A DNA stretch of 64,000 nucleotides from an uncultured Patescibacteria group bacterium (GTDB taxonomy: Bacteria > Patescibacteriota > Microgenomatia > UBA1400 > PJMF01): assembly GCA_905478415.1 (NCBI GenBank), contig CAJQIG010000001.1, forward strand, positions 150,098-214,097, written 5' to 3'. Below the pieces are notes generated by a model that saw only the letters and a program-made list of their open reading frames with translations, was not told the origin of the DNA and made no database searches. Position numbers and translations under genes: made by a program. Of this stretch, positions 46,465-56,450 are shown in pieces. The first letter of the stretch is position 1. Each line of letters begins with the position of its first letter.

Positions 46465-47895
46465 ATGACTACTACACACGTTCGTACCAGAATGGCCCCC
46501 AGCCCAACCGGTGATATGCATGTCGGTAGTATGGGCATTGTTCTAAAAAACTATGCGTATGCTAAAAAACATGGTGGATCATTTGTATTGCGTATTGAAG
46601 ATACTGATAAGGTTCGCGAAGTCGAAGGAGCCGTTGATAGAATTCAAGATATTATTACCGCCTATGGTCTTGATTGGGACGAAGGTCCAGGGAAAGGTGG
46701 AGATTTTGGCCCCTACATTCAGTCTCAAAGAATTGACCTTTACACTCAAATGGCCAGAGAACTTGTCGAAAATGATAAAGCCTACTACTGTACCTGCAGT
46801 AAAGAACGACTTGAAGAGGTCAGAGACTCAATGAGAGCTCAAAAGCTCCCACCTAAATATGATCAGCGCTGTCGAAATCAACAAGAGTTAGTTCTCGGAG
46901 AAATGGCAAATGGGGCACAAGCAGTTATTCGTCTTAAAACTCCTAAGGACCAAGATGTATCATTTACTGATTTAATTAGAGGGACTATTACCTTCAACTC
47001 AAATACTGTTGATGATCAAGTTCTTTTAAAGTCTGATGGCTATCCAACCTATCATCTTGCCGTCGTTGTAGATGACCATGGTATGGACATTACTCACATT
47101 ATGCGAGGTGAAGAATGGATAAGTTCAACACCAAAACATGTGTTACTCTACCAAGCTTTTGGCTGGGAGATGCCTGTTTTTGCTCATATACCTGTCTACC
47201 TAAATCCTGATGGTAAAGGCAAGATGAGTAAACGCAAAGGTACTGTTTCTGCTCAATCATTTCTTGATAGAGGCTATTTACCAGAGGCGCTTCTCAATTT
47301 TTTTATGATCTTAGGTTGGGCTCATCCAGATGAGAAAGAAATTCTGTCTCTCGAAGAGTATATTCAGTACTTTGATCCTAAAGATGTCAGTCCTAAATCA
47401 GTTGTATTCGATATGAAAAAGCTTGACTGGATGAATGGCATGTATATTCGTCAATTACCTCTTGAGGAACTTGAGTCTAAGTTACAACCATTTATCCCTG
47501 AAGAATTTCCAAAAGAAAAAGTTGCTTTAGTACTACCACTTATATTTGAGCGATTAGAAAAACTATCAGATTTTGCAGAACTTACCAGTTTTTTCCAAGG
47601 AGAAATAACTATTCCCACTGACCTCTTACTTAAAAAAAGCTCCGTTGATCAAGTAAATGAGCAGATCACTGCCTGTATTGAAGCACTCACAAACATTGAG
47701 TGGTCAATTGAAACTATAGAAACAGCAATTCGCAACCTACAAGAAAAGAACGACTGGAAAAAGAAACAATTTTTTATGATGGTCAGAGTAGCCGCAACTG
47801 GTAAAAAGGCTACCCCACCTTTATTTGAAACTATGCAGTTAATCGGAAAAGAGGCTATACTACAAAGACTCAACCAATCACTACAACAAGTATAA
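46465..47895 (+). CDS. gltX: glutamyl-tRNA synthetase
   Basis: VRTRMAPSPTGDMHVGS (HIGH-type motif), ...KMSKRKG (KMSKS), class I GluRS catalytic core. Confidence 0.9.
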   Translation: MTTTHVRTRMAPSPTGDMHVGSMGIVLKNYAYAKKHGGSFVLRIEDTDKVREVEGAVDRIQDIITAYGLDWDEGPGKGGDFGPYIQSQRIDLYTQMARELVENDKAYYCTCSKERLEEVRDSMRAQKLPPKYDQRCRNQQELVLGEMANGAQAVIRLKTPKDQDVSFTDLIRGTITFNSNTVDDQVLLKSDGYPTYHLAVVVDDHGMDITHIMRGEEWISSTPKHVLLYQAFGWEMPVFAHIPVYLNPDGKGKMSKRKGTVSAQSFLDRGYLPEALLNFFMILGWAHPDEKEILSLEEYIQYFDPKDVSPKSVVFDMKKLDWMNGMYIRQLPLEELESKLQPFIPEEFPKEKVALVLPLIFERLEKLSDFAELTSFFQGEITIPTDLLLKKSSVDQVNEQITACIEALTNIEWSIETIETAIRNLQEKNDWKKKQFFMMVRVAATGKKATPPLFETMQLIGKEAILQRLNQSLQQV

Positions 47896-47904
47896 AAGAC
47901 AACC

Positions 47905-48810
47905 ATGCCTGCCAACAATTCTGCTCGTCTTGATTTTCTTCAGGACGATCTACAGCAAAAGTCTTCAGAAGTTCCACTCGAATTTCAAACTATTCCAGAG
48001 CTCTTTAAAGATGGTGCCTTTGTCGGTGTTGAAGCTTTTTTTGGAAAAGATTCCTCCACCGAAACCGTCTTTCAAACTCAGAGTCCAACTGACTCAATCC
48101 AGGCTGATGTCTCATCAATTTTAGAAAAAAAAACTAAAAATAACTCTCTCCTTTCCCAAATTTCGGCAGAAGAACTTGAAGATGTGCTGAACAAACTCAG
48201 AACAGTCCTCACCCTTCCACCAGGCCAACTTGACCGTGAGTCAGAACTCTATCTAGAACAACAAATAAGTGAAATGCTTGGTTTTGAGGTAACTAATATT
48301 CTTGAGGGACATCAGCTGCAATATAATACTGGAAAAATAAAGGCACTGCCCCACCTCAAACGACATCCAACAGACGCAGTCAAATCTCACGAAAAGTACC
48401 AACAAGCTAGTATGAGTCAAAAGAGAGGTGCCTTTGGTTGGTTCTTAGAACAAGGAAAAACTACGGCTGATACCATTCAACTTGAAAAATATTATATAGC
48501 GCTGCAGCTCTTTTACTCTCCAGAGTGGTCGAGTTCTCCCAGAGAGATAAAGAAATGGTACAAATATCGGAAAATGGTAGTACTCAACCCCTTTGATAAA
48601 GTTGCTGTGGTGTGTGCAGTTGGTAGCATTGGTCCACAGATACCAGTTCGTTACCAATTTGGAGCTTCACCAGAGGTAATTGTTGAGGGCAAGTTTTGGA
48701 GCTCTCAATCAAATGGACGAGCTATCGTTCTCTTTGTCGATGATCAGCAAAACAGTATACCGCTTGGGCCCCTTACATTAGGCATACCGTCAAAGGCAAC
48801 TACATCATGA
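47905..48810 (+). CDS. hypothetical protein
   Basis: 301-aa ORF, acidic N-terminal half, no motif recognised. 4-nt overlap with the following ORF. Confidence 0.5.
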   Translation: MPANNSARLDFLQDDLQQKSSEVPLEFQTIPELFKDGAFVGVEAFFGKDSSTETVFQTQSPTDSIQADVSSILEKKTKNNSLLSQISAEELEDVLNKLRTVLTLPPGQLDRESELYLEQQISEMLGFEVTNILEGHQLQYNTGKIKALPHLKRHPTDAVKSHEKYQQASMSQKRGAFGWFLEQGKTTADTIQLEKYYIALQLFYSPEWSSSPREIKKWYKYRKMVVLNPFDKVAVVCAVGSIGPQIPVRYQFGASPEVIVEGKFWSSQSNGRAIVLFVDDQQNSIPLGPLTLGIPSKATTS

Positions 48811-49145
48811 ATACAAAAATTCTCAGCACAACCTTTATCGGAGAGGCGCTAGAAGAGACAGTACTCAGAGATATTTTAGCTGATGTGCCCAGTGAACAAC
48901 AAGATACGGTACTCCAACGCATTGCTGCTACCATTGGACTCAGTACCCTCAAATATATCTATGAAAGTATTGACGATACTCATAAAAAGATTGCCTTTCT
49001 CCATGCTATTCCACAGTTTCTAGCACAAGAGTTACTCTTAGCTGATCTAGCTGAGTACAGCGAGAACATGCCTCAATTAGCTCGAGAACATATTACTCGA
49101 TCACTCTTGGCTTTGAGAACAAAACTAAAGGCATTTACTACCTAG
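48807..49145 (+). CDS. hypothetical protein
   Basis: 112-aa ORF, helical, unknown. Confidence 0.4.
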   Translation: MNTKILSTTFIGEALEETVLRDILADVPSEQQDTVLQRIAATIGLSTLKYIYESIDDTHKKIAFLHAIPQFLAQELLLADLAEYSENMPQLAREHITRSLLALRTKLKAFTT

Positions 49146-49192
49146 ATCATCTGGCATGACCAGTTAATTTATATTAGAATGACACTCGTACT

Positions 49193-49582
49193 ATGATAGT
49201 TATAAATTTATATATTGGTTCCAGATATCCTGTTAATCGAGCTAAACTCAGAAAAGCTGCGCGTGAGGTTCTTAAAAACAATGGTATCGATCATGCACAA
49301 GTTGATATTTCGGTGGTTGGAAAAAGAAAAATCAAAAAATTAAATGAGTCCGAACTCAAACATGAAGGCACTACTGATGTTCTTTCATTCCCTATTCACG
49401 AAAAGAACAGCCTCAATGATTTCCCACTACCCGAAGGTATTCCCCCTCACTTGGGCGACATTGTGGTTAGTTTTCCCGAAGCAGTCAACACTGCTAAGCG
49501 ATATGGAAAATTGGTTGATGATCAAATTTGTTTTTATCTGCAGCATGGTATGATGCACTTACTTGGATATCACCACGATTAG
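49193..49582 (+). CDS. ybeY: endoribonuclease YbeY (16S rRNA 3'-end maturation)
   Basis: C-terminal HGMMHLLGYHHD is the H-x-x-x-H-x-x-x-x-x-H zinc motif of YbeY/UPF0054. The ~130 aa size fits. Confidence 0.85.
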   Translation: MIVINLYIGSRYPVNRAKLRKAAREVLKNNGIDHAQVDISVVGKRKIKKLNESELKHEGTTDVLSFPIHEKNSLNDFPLPEGIPPHLGDIVVSFPEAVNTAKRYGKLVDDQICFYLQHGMMHLLGYHHD

Positions 49583-49588
49583 ATCATT

Positions 49589-51178
49589 ATGCCCTGGAAC
49601 AGAACCTACCGACCACACACCTTAGCAGACCTCCATCTCACTTCAGTTAGAGAAAACTTACAAACACTTTTAAAAAATAAGAAAATCCCTCATGTCTTCC
49701 TGTTTGCTGGACCAAAAGGCACCGGTAAAACCAGTTCATCAAGAATTATTGGTGCAATTTTAAATGAACCTAAAAACAAAGAAATTGTGGAAGAACTCTT
49801 TTTTGGTAAAAAGGCTTCAAAAAAATCATTTGTTCCACCTGACCCCTCCAACCCTTTTATTGAAAAAATACTCACTGGTTCTTCATATACCGTCCAGGAA
49901 ATGGATGCGGCATCAAATCGGGGCATAGATAACATTCGTGAACTGAAAGAACGAGTCGCTCTCCCTCCTCAAGAAGGACTCGTAACCGTCTATATTCTTG
50001 ATGAAGCTCACATGCTGACAACTGAAGCCTTTAATGCCCTTCTTAAAGTACTTGAAGAACCACCTGAACATGTTGTCTTTATTTTAGCTACAACCGAACT
50101 TCATAAAGTTCCTGATACTATTAAATCCAGAAGTCACCTTGTTGCCTTTAAAAAAGCGAGCAAAGAAGAACTGACCCAGGCACTTGAAAGAATCATTGGT
50201 AAAGAAAAATTAAAAGCTGAACCAGAAGCAGTGCAATTAATTGCAGCCCATGCAGATGGGAGTTTCAGAGATGCAATCAAGTTACTGGAATTACTTTCTG
50301 AAGAAGGATCACTCACGCTTTCGGCAGTCACCACCGCCCTTTCGTTGACTGATAGTGGTTCGATTACTGCTTTCGTATCTGCACTCATTCAAAAAAACGC
50401 AGCTGAGGTAGTCTTGCTCTTTCAAAAGCTCAGAGACCAAGGAAATAACGAGAAGTACTTTCATACAACACTGCTTGAGTATTTGCATGCAACACTGTTA
50501 GCCAACTATGGTATCGGTACCGCTCCTCTCGAAATAACAGAAGCTGCCACTCTCTTTCTATTAAAAGAATTTGCAGACTCACAACTCTCAACCCAAAGTG
50601 TAATTCCATTTTTACATTTGGAAATTAAAACACTTGAAATCATTGCTCGTGCTACCCAAAAGTCAAACACTTCACCAAAAGTCCGAAGCAAAGCCGAGTC
50701 AATAGCTCCTGCTCCAACTATAACATTGCCATTACCAATGAGTACTCAAAACTCACCCACAAAAAAAGAGATTCAAAAATTACAGCGAATAGAAACAGAA
50801 ATAGTAAGTTCCCCAGCTAGAATCACTGTTAACTCAGATGCACCACAAGGTGATGGTCAGGTACTCTTAGAAAAATGGAAGACATTCGTCGATGCAGTAG
50901 CTGCAGATAATAGTACTTTTGGTGCGCTTCTCAGGTCAGCCCAACCAATTTCAGCAGTAGATAACGAAATTACTATTGGCGTCTACTATAAGTTTCATCA
51001 AGAACAGCTCTCTGACACTAAATTTTTAATACGGGTTCAGGATTATGTCGAGAAAATTTGTGGTGGCTATATCAGCTTTACTTTTACATTAGTAGACACT
51101 CCAGCTACAGCCGACTTGACTAGCCCCTCAAACGAAGCCAAGGACCTCGCCCAACTAGCCAGCGAGAGTTTGATGTAG
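49589..51178 (+). CDS. dnaX: DNA polymerase III subunit gamma/tau
   Basis: HVFLFAGPKGTGKTSSSRIIG (Walker A), YILDEAHMLT (Walker B / DExx), ...SRS (sensor). Followed by ybaB, the classic dnaX-ybaB synteny. Confidence 0.9.
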   Translation: MPWNRTYRPHTLADLHLTSVRENLQTLLKNKKIPHVFLFAGPKGTGKTSSSRIIGAILNEPKNKEIVEELFFGKKASKKSFVPPDPSNPFIEKILTGSSYTVQEMDAASNRGIDNIRELKERVALPPQEGLVTVYILDEAHMLTTEAFNALLKVLEEPPEHVVFILATTELHKVPDTIKSRSHLVAFKKASKEELTQALERIIGKEKLKAEPEAVQLIAAHADGSFRDAIKLLELLSEEGSLTLSAVTTALSLTDSGSITAFVSALIQKNAAEVVLLFQKLRDQGNNEKYFHTTLLEYLHATLLANYGIGTAPLEITEAATLFLLKEFADSQLSTQSVIPFLHLEIKTLEIIARATQKSNTSPKVRSKAESIAPAPTITLPLPMSTQNSPTKKEIQKLQRIETEIVSSPARITVNSDAPQGDGQVLLEKWKTFVDAVAADNSTFGALLRSAQPISAVDNEITIGVYYKFHQEQLSDTKFLIRVQDYVEKICGGYISFTFTLVDTPATADLTSPSNEAKDLAQLASESLM

Positions 51179-51228
51179 TAGAATTGAGCTCACAAGAAGT
51201 AATACTAATTTGAATAACGAAAGAAATT

Positions 51229-51510
51229 ATGGCAAATCCTTTTCAAGCCCTCGGAGACATTAATAAGCTCAGAAAACAAGCAAAACAAATGCAGGACGAA
51301 CTCTCTGGCGAAACAATTCGTGTAGAAGAAGGTGATATCGTTGTTGAGATCTCTGGATCACAAGAAATTAAGACCTTCTCAGTTCAAGGAATTAGCAGCG
51401 ATGAAGCGGTAAAAGTCCTCAACAAAGCTATTAAAAAATCACAAGAATTAGCTGCCAAAAAACTTCAGTCAATGACTGGTGGCCTGGGTGGCATGCTCGG
51501 AGGAAAATAA
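51229..51510 (+). CDS. ybaB: nucleoid-associated protein YbaB/EbfC
   Basis: 93-aa. MANPFQALGDINKLRKQAKQMQDEL...GGMLGG match the YbaB family, in conserved position after dnaX. Confidence 0.85.
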   Translation: MANPFQALGDINKLRKQAKQMQDELSGETIRVEEGDIVVEISGSQEIKTFSVQGISSDEAVKVLNKAIKKSQELAAKKLQSMTGGLGGMLGGK

Positions 51511-51514
51511 TCTA

Positions 51515-52102
51515 GTGGAGATTGTCCTAGCAACAACAAATCCTGGTAAAATAGCCGAAGTTAACTCATTGTTTAAAGATAGTGGTATCTCCATTCTGTC
51601 TATCAACGATGCTAAGGTTCCAGCACTTGAAGTTGAAGAAACAGGTGACACCTTTGCTGAAAATGCAGAATTGAAAGCTCGAGCCTTTGCAGTGGCCACT
51701 GGCCTCCCTGTCTTAGCAGATGACTCTGGACTTGAAGTCACTGCCCTCGGTAATCAACCGGGAGTCAAAAGTGCTCGCTGGGTTTCCGGGAGCGATACTG
51801 ATAGGAATACTGCTCTTCTTGAAAAACTCTCCACCATAAAAGACCGCTCTGCCCGTTTCAAAACCGTCATTTGCTACTTAGAAAATGCAGATGCAGAACC
51901 ACACTTTTTTGTTGGAACAGTCTCTGGTACTATCAACACTGTTGCTAGCGGAAAAACTGGTTTTGGATATGACCCAATTTTCATTCCCGATGGTCACACG
52001 CAAACATTTGCTGAGCTTGGTATGGATGTTAAAAACAAGCTTTCCCATAGAGCACAAGCTTTTACACAAGCAGCAACATTTCTTAACAAGCGACAAAATT
52101 AG
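51515..52102 (+). CDS. rdgB: dITP/XTP pyrophosphatase (Ham1/RdgB, non-canonical purine NTP pyrophosphatase)
   Basis: ORF track 51479..52102 overlaps ybaB. GTG at 51515 lies right after the ybaB stop, with GGAGGA 12 nt upstream. IVLATTNPGKIAE...FGYDPIFIP...KNKLSHRAQA are Ham1 motifs. Confidence 0.8.
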   Translation: MEIVLATTNPGKIAEVNSLFKDSGISILSINDAKVPALEVEETGDTFAENAELKARAFAVATGLPVLADDSGLEVTALGNQPGVKSARWVSGSDTDRNTALLEKLSTIKDRSARFKTVICYLENADAEPHFFVGTVSGTINTVASGKTGFGYDPIFIPDGHTQTFAELGMDVKNKLSHRAQAFTQAATFLNKRQN

Positions 52103-52114
52103 AAAGATTTTCCC

Positions 52115-53323
52115 ATGAAACCTGGATATACTCCTTCAAAAAAGGTGTTAGAAAACTACGCAAAACTACTTGTCACTTTTGCACTCGGTGGCGGAGCTGG
52201 TATAAAAAAAGGCGATGTCGTTCAATTAGCTGTTCCAGATGTTGCCATGCCACTTGCACTGGCATTACAAAATGCGGTTCTTACAGCCGGAGGACACCCG
52301 CTCGTAAAAATCATACCGAGCAATTTTGATCGTGATTTTTATACCTATGCAAATGATGAACAATTAACTTTTTTTCCAGAAGATTATCTTCAAGAAAAAG
52401 CAAAAATGCTTGACCACTCCATTAGCATTATTGCTGATATTAATCCCACAGAACTTGCTGACGTAGACCCTAGACGAATTATGAAGTCCCGTGAGGCCAA
52501 GTATCCTTTTAGAGAATGGCTGTTTGCTAAAGAACATAGAAAAGAATTTTCCTGGACGATAGGTCTTTGGGGAACTCAAGCAAAAGCCGATATTGTTGGC
52601 CTGAGTCTCGAAGATTACTGGAAACAAATTATTCATGCCTGTTATTTAGACGCAAAAGACCCTATTTCAGAATGGAGAAAGCTCACACAGTTGCAACGAG
52701 ATATTAAAGAAAAATTAAATGCTTTAGAGATTGAATATGTCACCATTAAAGGCGCCGATGTTGATCTTAAAATTGCTATCGGTGCGGAACGTTCCTGGAA
52801 GACAGGCAGCGGCTGCAACATTCCAAGTTTCGAACACTTCACCTCGCCAGATTGGCGTGGTACAGAAGGCTGGATCAAGTTTAACCAGCCACTCTATCGC
52901 TATGGAAACATAATTGAAGGTATCCAGTTAGAATTTGAAAAGGGGCGAGTAGTTTCAGCTTCTGCAAAAAAAGGAGAAAAAACTCTCAAAGATATGTTAG
53001 CTACAAAAAATGCCGATAAATTAGGCGAGTTTTCTCTTACAGATAAACGACTCTCACGCATCACCCACCCGATGGCAGAAACTTTGTATGATGAAAATAT
53101 TGGTGGCCCTTTTGGTAATACCCACGTTGCAGTGGGCATGGCATATAAAGACTGCTACAAAGGTGAAACATCAAAGGTCACTCAAAAAGAGTGGGAAGAA
53201 ATGGGATACAACAACTCGTCTGTCCACACCGACATTGTCAGTACTACCGATAGAACAGTCACGGCACACTTGGTTGATGGCACAGAGTTAGTTATTTATA
53301 AAGGTGGATTGTTTGTGCTGTAG
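52115..53323 (+). CDS. aminopeptidase, M29 family (AmpS/PepS-like)
   Basis: Collinear with thermophilic metallo-aminopeptidase M29. YAKLLV N-terminus, ...TLYDENIGGPFGNTHVAVGMAY, ...VHTDIV. Confidence 0.8.
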   Translation: MKPGYTPSKKVLENYAKLLVTFALGGGAGIKKGDVVQLAVPDVAMPLALALQNAVLTAGGHPLVKIIPSNFDRDFYTYANDEQLTFFPEDYLQEKAKMLDHSISIIADINPTELADVDPRRIMKSREAKYPFREWLFAKEHRKEFSWTIGLWGTQAKADIVGLSLEDYWKQIIHACYLDAKDPISEWRKLTQLQRDIKEKLNALEIEYVTIKGADVDLKIAIGAERSWKTGSGCNIPSFEHFTSPDWRGTEGWIKFNQPLYRYGNIIEGIQLEFEKGRVVSASAKKGEKTLKDMLATKNADKLGEFSLTDKRLSRITHPMAETLYDENIGGPFGNTHVAVGMAYKDCYKGETSKVTQKEWEEMGYNNSSVHTDIVSTTDRTVTAHLVDGTELVIYKGGLFVL

Positions 53324-53333
53324 AAATAAAAAA

Positions 53334-53356
53334 ACAGCGGGTGTTGTACCCGCTGT
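53334..53356. terminator. bidirectional hairpin terminator between convergent aminopeptidase and fbaB/small-ORF units
   Basis: ACAGCGGGT-GTTGT-ACCCGCTGT is a perfect 9-bp stem. Flanked by A7 upstream (a T-run on the minus strand) and T-rich sequence downstream. Confidence 0.6.
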
Positions 53357-53371
53357 GCTCTGTTCTCAACC

Positions 53372-53470
53372 TTACTTCGAAGAATACTTCTTTTTTAACT
53401 TTTTTACGAAGGTACTAAGGTTATCCCAAAAAATCAGTACCTTTTGCCGCCAAATAGGAATGTAAGTCAT
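53372..53470 (-). CDS. candidate small protein (32 aa) downstream of fbaB
   Basis: Minus-strand GGAGG-aaaa-ATG, then MTYIPIWRQKVLIFWDNLSTFVKKLKKKYSSK, stop, then the hairpin terminator 53334-53356. Not in the ORF track (<60 aa). Confidence 0.35.
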   Translation of the reverse strand: MTYIPIWRQKVLIFWDNLSTFVKKLKKKYSSK

Positions 53471-53605
53471 TTTTCCTCCAAGAGTGGTATAAAGAACAAT
53501 TAAAGCTGCTTGCAATCAAAAGAATGTAATTTCTTTCTATATAAGCAACTCTCTTCAGTATATAAGAAAAACCAACAAAAGTCAATAGTTATAGGATATT
53601 ATTAT

Positions 53606-54667
53606 CTAGGCGAGATCTATCTCATCATTCAAGTACACATCTTGCACAGCATGAAGTAACTTCACACCCTCTGCAAATGGTTTCTTGAATACTTTTCGGC
53701 CCATAATCAGTCCTGAACCACCTGCACGCTTATTAATAACCGCAGTTCGAACAGCATCGGCAAAATCATCTTCCCCACCTTTTGCTTCACCACCAGAATT
53801 AATAAGTCCAATTTTACCCAGGTAGCTATGGGCTACTTGATACCTCACTAAATCAATTGGGTGATCGGTGAGCAAGGTTTCGTACATTTCATCATTATAT
53901 TTACTAAATGCAAGTGCTTGGAACCCATGAAGTGGTGTTGGAAGTTTTTGTTTCACAATGTCGGCTTCAATGGTAACTCCAATGTGTATTGCTTGAGAAG
54001 TTATATCAACGGCTGTAGTGTAATCAGTATCTCCATCTTTATAGTTTGGGTTACGAGGGTAGCACCATAAAATGGTCAACAAGCCCAACTCGTGGGCGCG
54101 CTTGAATTTTCGACTAATCTCAACAATTTGGCGATGAGATTCATCGGAACCGAAGTAAATAGTCGCCCCCACACCCACAGCTCCAAGGGCGGCTGCCTGA
54201 TCTATAGTTGAAAACAGTAGTTCGTCACTTTTTGCTGGAAAGGTAAGATGCTCACTATGATTTAACTTAAGAATAAACGGAATTTTATCTGCATATTTTT
54301 TAGCATGGAGTCCAAGCACACCCAAATTACTTGCCAAACCGTTTGTACCACCTTCGATGGCCATTTTGATAATGTTTTCAGGATCAAAGTAAATTGGATT
54401 CTCATAAAAAGAATAGGCAGCTGTGTGTTCCATTCCTTGATCAACCGGAAAAATTGAAAGGTATCCAGTATTAGCAAGTCGACCTGTACCATATAAGCGT
54501 TCCAGGTTCGCAATAACTTGCTCCGATCTATCAGACTCAAGAAAAATTTCTTTGACATGATTAGGGCCAGTTTGGTGAATCGTTGCCTTCGGAATCCTAG
54601 CGCAAGTATGTTGTAAAAGAGAGTCGGCTTCACTTCCGAGTAACTGAGCAATTTGATCTATCTTCAT
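53606..54667 (-). CDS. fbaB: fructose-bisphosphate aldolase class I (DhnA/FbaB type)
   Basis: Near-collinear with E. coli FbaB: IAQLLG..AD.LLQH, TGRLA.TGYLSI.PVDQG.EH, IPF..KLNH.E, GA.GVGATIYFGS.ES.RQI.EIS..F.RAHELG, ADIVKQK, VRTAVINKRAGG.GLI.GRK.FKK, VKL..AVQDVYL. Confidence 0.9.
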   Translation of the reverse strand: MKIDQIAQLLGSEADSLLQHTCARIPKATIHQTGPNHVKEIFLESDRSEQVIANLERLYGTGRLANTGYLSIFPVDQGMEHTAAYSFYENPIYFDPENIIKMAIEGGTNGLASNLGVLGLHAKKYADKIPFILKLNHSEHLTFPAKSDELLFSTIDQAAALGAVGVGATIYFGSDESHRQIVEISRKFKRAHELGLLTILWCYPRNPNYKDGDTDYTTAVDITSQAIHIGVTIEADIVKQKLPTPLHGFQALAFSKYNDEMYETLLTDHPIDLVRYQVAHSYLGKIGLINSGGEAKGGEDDFADAVRTAVINKRAGGSGLIMGRKVFKKPFAEGVKLLHAVQDVYLNDEIDLA

Positions 54668-54723
54668 GTTTTTTGAATCTCCTATTGGCTAACTTCTGTA
54701 CCATACGGACAATCTATAGTACT

Positions 54724-56415
54724 ATGAATAGTGTATCAAAAGTTACCTACAAGAAGAAGTCTCGTCAAATGAATACAACCATATCAAAAGACAACCCCAT
54801 TGCCTATTTTTGTGCTGAGTATGGCATAGCTACCGAATTACCTATTTATGCTGGAGGACTCGGAATCCTTTCGGGAGACACAATAAAAGCTGCTGCCGAT
54901 ATGGCTCTGCCTTTTATTGGTGTTGGTCTACTCTATCGTGGACATGGCGTGGTACAACATATTTCTGACGAAGGACTCCAAACTGAAGGTGACTATGTCT
55001 TTGATCCCCTCGAAAACGGCCTCGAACATGTCTATCACGATGGCGAACCACTGTTCGTGCAAGTTCACTTAACTGAACTTGATGTTTGGCTCAGAGTTTG
55101 GAAAAAATCTCTTGGCAATGGGGTAGTACTCTACTTGCTTGATAGTGAGACTGATCAGAATGAATTAATTGAACGAGATATCACCCAGGTACTCTATTCG
55201 GGAACTCAAGAAAATTTAGTCAAACAACAACTATTACTTGGTATTGGTGGGGTCAAGTTACTAGATAAACTTGGCATCACACCAAGCGTCTATCACATTA
55301 ATGAAGGCCGACCAGCTTTTGCTCACTGGCAACTTATTCGTCAAAATATGGATGACCATGGCATGGGATACGAAGACGCCAAAGTGGCAGCCATTCAAAA
55401 AACAGTGTATACAAACCACACCTTAGTAGCAGCAGGAAATCAATCGTATCCCCCCGAACTAATTAAAGCTTACAGCGCCTACTATGCTCAAAAAATGGGT
55501 ATTTCTAATGATGTTCTCATAGCTGATGGTTTAGAAGAAGGCGGCGGTTTTTCAATCACTCGATTTGCCCTAAATACTTCTCGCAGAGCTAATGGAGTCA
55601 GTTCGCTGCACTCTAGACTATCCGCACAGAATTGGCCTGAGTACGATTGGGTTAACATTACAAATGGCGTCCATCACTCTACTTGGAAAGCCCCAGAACT
55701 GTTAGATAGTCATACTCTTTCTTCTGCAGAACTTTGGAATATTCATCTCAAACTCAAAAAAGAAACCATGCAGTATGTGCAAGAAAAAACAGGTTTTGGC
55801 TATAATGAGCAAAACTTAGTGCTGGGTTGGGCACGAAGAATTGCTGGATACAAACAGCTCCCAAGTCTCTTTACAGATCTAGAACGTTTGAGAGGCATAT
55901 TGAAAAATAGTACTCGTCCAGTCCAAATTCTTGTAGCCGGTAAAGCTCACATGGGAGACACCGGTGGAAAACAAATGTTGCAACAACTCATTGGGAACTT
56001 CTCAAAAGAACTTGCTGGATCAGCCCTTTTTGTTCCTAACTACAACATTGAAGTGGCTCAGCATTTAAGCCGAGGCGTTGATGTCTGGTTGAACACTCCC
56101 GAATTTGGAAAAGAAGCATGCGGAACCAGCGGTATGAAAGCAACCAGTAATGGCGTTCTCAACTGTACAGTTGCCGATGGCTGGGCCGAAGAGGTTACGT
56201 GGGGCTCTCAAGGGTGGCCGCTTGATCACGAAAACATCTCAGAAAGTTTTTATTCGACTTTAGAATCTGAAATAGTTCCCCTCTATTATCAAAGAGATGA
56301 ACAAAACATTCCACAAGCGTGGATTGAAAAAATGCGTGCTGCTATGGACTTGGGAGATGAATATAGTGCGCAACGAATGCTGAATGAATACTTAACAAAA
56401 CTCTACACTGTATAA
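54724..56415 (+). CDS. glgP: alpha-glucan phosphorylase (short GT35 family)
   Basis: ORF track 54673..56415. Start more likely at ATG 54724 or 54769, given the divergent fbaB start at 54667. IAYFCAEYGIATELPIYAGGLGILSGDTIKAAADMALPFIGVGLLY is the GT35 N-terminal signature. K at ...TSGMKATSNG is the PLP-binding region. Confidence 0.8.
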   Translation: MNSVSKVTYKKKSRQMNTTISKDNPIAYFCAEYGIATELPIYAGGLGILSGDTIKAAADMALPFIGVGLLYRGHGVVQHISDEGLQTEGDYVFDPLENGLEHVYHDGEPLFVQVHLTELDVWLRVWKKSLGNGVVLYLLDSETDQNELIERDITQVLYSGTQENLVKQQLLLGIGGVKLLDKLGITPSVYHINEGRPAFAHWQLIRQNMDDHGMGYEDAKVAAIQKTVYTNHTLVAAGNQSYPPELIKAYSAYYAQKMGISNDVLIADGLEEGGGFSITRFALNTSRRANGVSSLHSRLSAQNWPEYDWVNITNGVHHSTWKAPELLDSHTLSSAELWNIHLKLKKETMQYVQEKTGFGYNEQNLVLGWARRIAGYKQLPSLFTDLERLRGILKNSTRPVQILVAGKAHMGDTGGKQMLQQLIGNFSKELAGSALFVPNYNIEVAQHLSRGVDVWLNTPEFGKEACGTSGMKATSNGVLNCTVADGWAEEVTWGSQGWPLDHENISESFYSTLESEIVPLYYQRDEQNIPQAWIEKMRAAMDLGDEYSAQRMLNEYLTKLYTV

Positions 56416-56450
56416 ATTGCTTACTGCTTAGAATTATAGAGAACCTACGT

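Noticed and set aside
51479-51514. Upstream ATG start for rdgB overlapping ybaB
   Set aside because: The Ham1 domain begins at VEIVLATTNPGK. GTG at 51515 immediately follows the ybaB stop and has GGAGGA at appropriate spacing. The 12-aa extension (MAWVACSEENNL) is ybaB's C-terminal coding sequence in another frame.
53371-53420. Imperfect inverted repeat CCTTACTTCGAAG...CGAAGGTACTAAGG as a regulatory RNA element
   Set aside because: It lies inside the candidate 32-aa ORF. The repeat is imperfect (GTAC insertion) and AT-rich, and is more economically explained as coding sequence.
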